Source: Macrostomum lignano (Eukaryota). From it: a DNA stretch of 64,000 nucleotides. Location: contig NIVC01000910.1 of NCBI GenBank assembly GCA_002269645.1, positions 198,944-262,943 on the forward strand, read 5' to 3'. The position numbers were made by a program, and so were the translations under genes. Below, piece after piece: positions 62,310-64,000 of the stretch (position 1 is the stretch's first letter; every line of letters starts with the position of its first letter). The notes below the pieces were generated by a model, which had not been told where the DNA came from, searched no databases, and saw only the letters and a program-made list of their open reading frames with translations.

Positions 62310-62535
62310 GTCCAGTACAAAGTCTAACGAGTCTCGTCTCTTCCTTTACTAAGCTTTACTTGAGTCTGCTGACCCTGCCCCAACTCAAAGTGGCATTTCT
62401 TTCATTTTCTTTCTTTCTCTCAAAGTTACTCTCAGTGCATTTTATAACCCACTGCTAAACTCCCTTCAACCTCCACCCACAATTCTTGGACAATTAGTCT
62501 TACTGGCTGGAGTTTTTCTGGAGAAATGGAAATGA
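62310..62535 (-). pseudogene. Possible highly degenerate Gypsy-type pol fragment (region before the integrase zinc finger)
   Basis: A stop-ridden translation ELWVEVEGSLAVGYKMH...CHFELGQGQQTQVKLSKGRDETR*TLYW is loosely like ELSVxDGxLxxGxR...HxGHxGxxKTxxxAR..YW. Weak resemblance only. Confidence 0.25.
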
Positions 62536-64000
62536 CAAAAAATTGTTTAACTCCCTGACTCCCCGTAGTAGTTAACACGCACAGCGACAGCGGTTAGGGC
62601 GGGGTTAGCATAGCCCACAGGTGTTAGCTAGTAAATATTGTGCTGCCAGGTTAAACTTTCTTGTAGGCAAGCTTTGCTATGTGTACGAAGTATAGCAAAA
62701 GATTATAGCAAAGTCAGGTGGTTTTGTTAAATGTTCACTGTAGCACCATTTATACTCTTTACACTGTGTTTGGTTGTTTTCGAAATTGGAACTTATGAAA
62801 TTATCAACTAGTCGAATGGACGCTTTCAATGTCTAGCAGTAACTAAAGGATTAACCTATTGTTACTCTCATAACCTACATGTAGAAGATGTAGAAGAGTC
62901 AGTCTTTCAGAAGCTAAAATGAAATAAAGTACCATAAATCGCAGTGAATGCTCCTTTCTCCCATCCTTTGTGGATTCTTAAGGCTTTTCTAAGTCAGTCG
63001 ATGTCGTGATTGGGACATGTGAATGTTTTAACTATATTAGCTCATATATTCTGTTAAAATATGCGTGCATAGTACACAGGTTTAGTATATGTGGTAGATC
63101 AGAGTACGTCCAAGAAAAGCTCTTAGACTGAGAATACGGCGAATGTTCTAATTAGCTAGTTGTGCAGTCTGGCCCAAAGACTGCAGAGGCTTTTTGCTTT
63201 GTAATGTGCGGACATGACACGGAATTGGAGAAATTCAATTTGCTGCTGCTCAATGGATAGCATAAAGTCTTTGCTTTTAGCACATATATTTTTGCGCTTT
63301 TTACGCTCATTATGGGCCGTTGCAGTCTCTTGTGAGTTTGATTCACCAAGGTAAATAATGCATTGCAACTGCAAATGCAAAAATGTGTATGTATTTTGAC
63401 TGGCACATACAATCAAAGGTAGATAGAATAACAGAAAGGCAAGATAAATAAACCAGGAGCTACTGATAAAAGCTAAGCTTCTGCTTTCAACTCCGCTTCG
63501 ACACAATCGCCCCTGCATAGATGCAATCACTACTGTGCGAATATTCATAATACACTGTCTTTCCTTCCATCTGTCAAAGTACAACCAACGGAGGGTTTTA
63601 TTGCCGCAGCCTTAGTCGAAAAGATCCTGCTGGGCTGGCTGGCTGAATGACTGGCCGGACGCGATTGAAACTTGGGAAATGGAATTGGGCTCAGCGGCAG
63701 TTCGGTGGGTTGGTCTAGGGCTAATTTGCATCATCCCTAGATATTATATGTATACTAAATAGTAAACCCAGCGGGCAGCCCAGTTGCTGTTGGTTGGCTT
63801 AGATCAAGTAGAAGCAACTGTGTCGCTTGCAGCTTCGCTTAGCTCTTCGCCTTGCTTTACCTCCTTGCTGAACCGTTGGGTTTCTTGTACTTTATTCAAC
63901 TGTGTTCAATGCTGCCACTACTGGCATACATATGGAGGATCGCTAGGCGCCATAAATACATGGACAGAGAGACGTCTATTCTCGCCGTTACTGAAACGAA

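Noticed and set aside
63935-64000. LINE endonuclease start (SILAVTET) or CASK exon 4
   Set aside because: Too short at the window edge, and it does not match the expected CASK MDGADLCFEI continuation.

Overview
Eukaryotic, intron-rich animal genomic DNA. GC-rich exons with poly-Q/A/G tracts, AT-rich spacers and minisatellite-filled introns suggest a flatworm such as Macrostomum; this is inference, not proven. Seven spliced genes could be rebuilt by hand from GT-AG boundaries and recalled homology: DHX15/Prp43 (-, one exon, continues off the left edge), TRAX/TSNAX (+), TBC1D13 (+), a Prrx-like PRD-class homeobox gene (-), a divergent tetraspanin (+), Nck/dock (-, SH3x3-SH2) and the first three exons of CASK (+). 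Most long ORFs in the supplied track are artefacts of about 22 tandem-repeat arrays (units 16-63 bp). Mobile DNA includes an intact mariner inserted in a minisatellite, a tRNA-derived Meta-type SINE, two hAT-like MITEs, a Harbinger derivative with a Myb/SANT mini-ORF, fused piggyBac and P/THAP9-like relics, and an unnamed dispersed repeat family. The most notable structure lies in Nck intron 2: a Penelope-like foldback element carrying two inverted minimal hammerhead ribozymes. The copy on the Nck sense strand is mutated at a conserved stem II position, and the element is part of a nested insertion stack. Other leads are minisatellites that appear to travel with a leader or arise from an element terminus, a possible spliced-leader-supplied start codon for TRAX, and single-base frameshifts in DHX15 and TBC1D13. 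All coordinates were read by eye; no searches were run.
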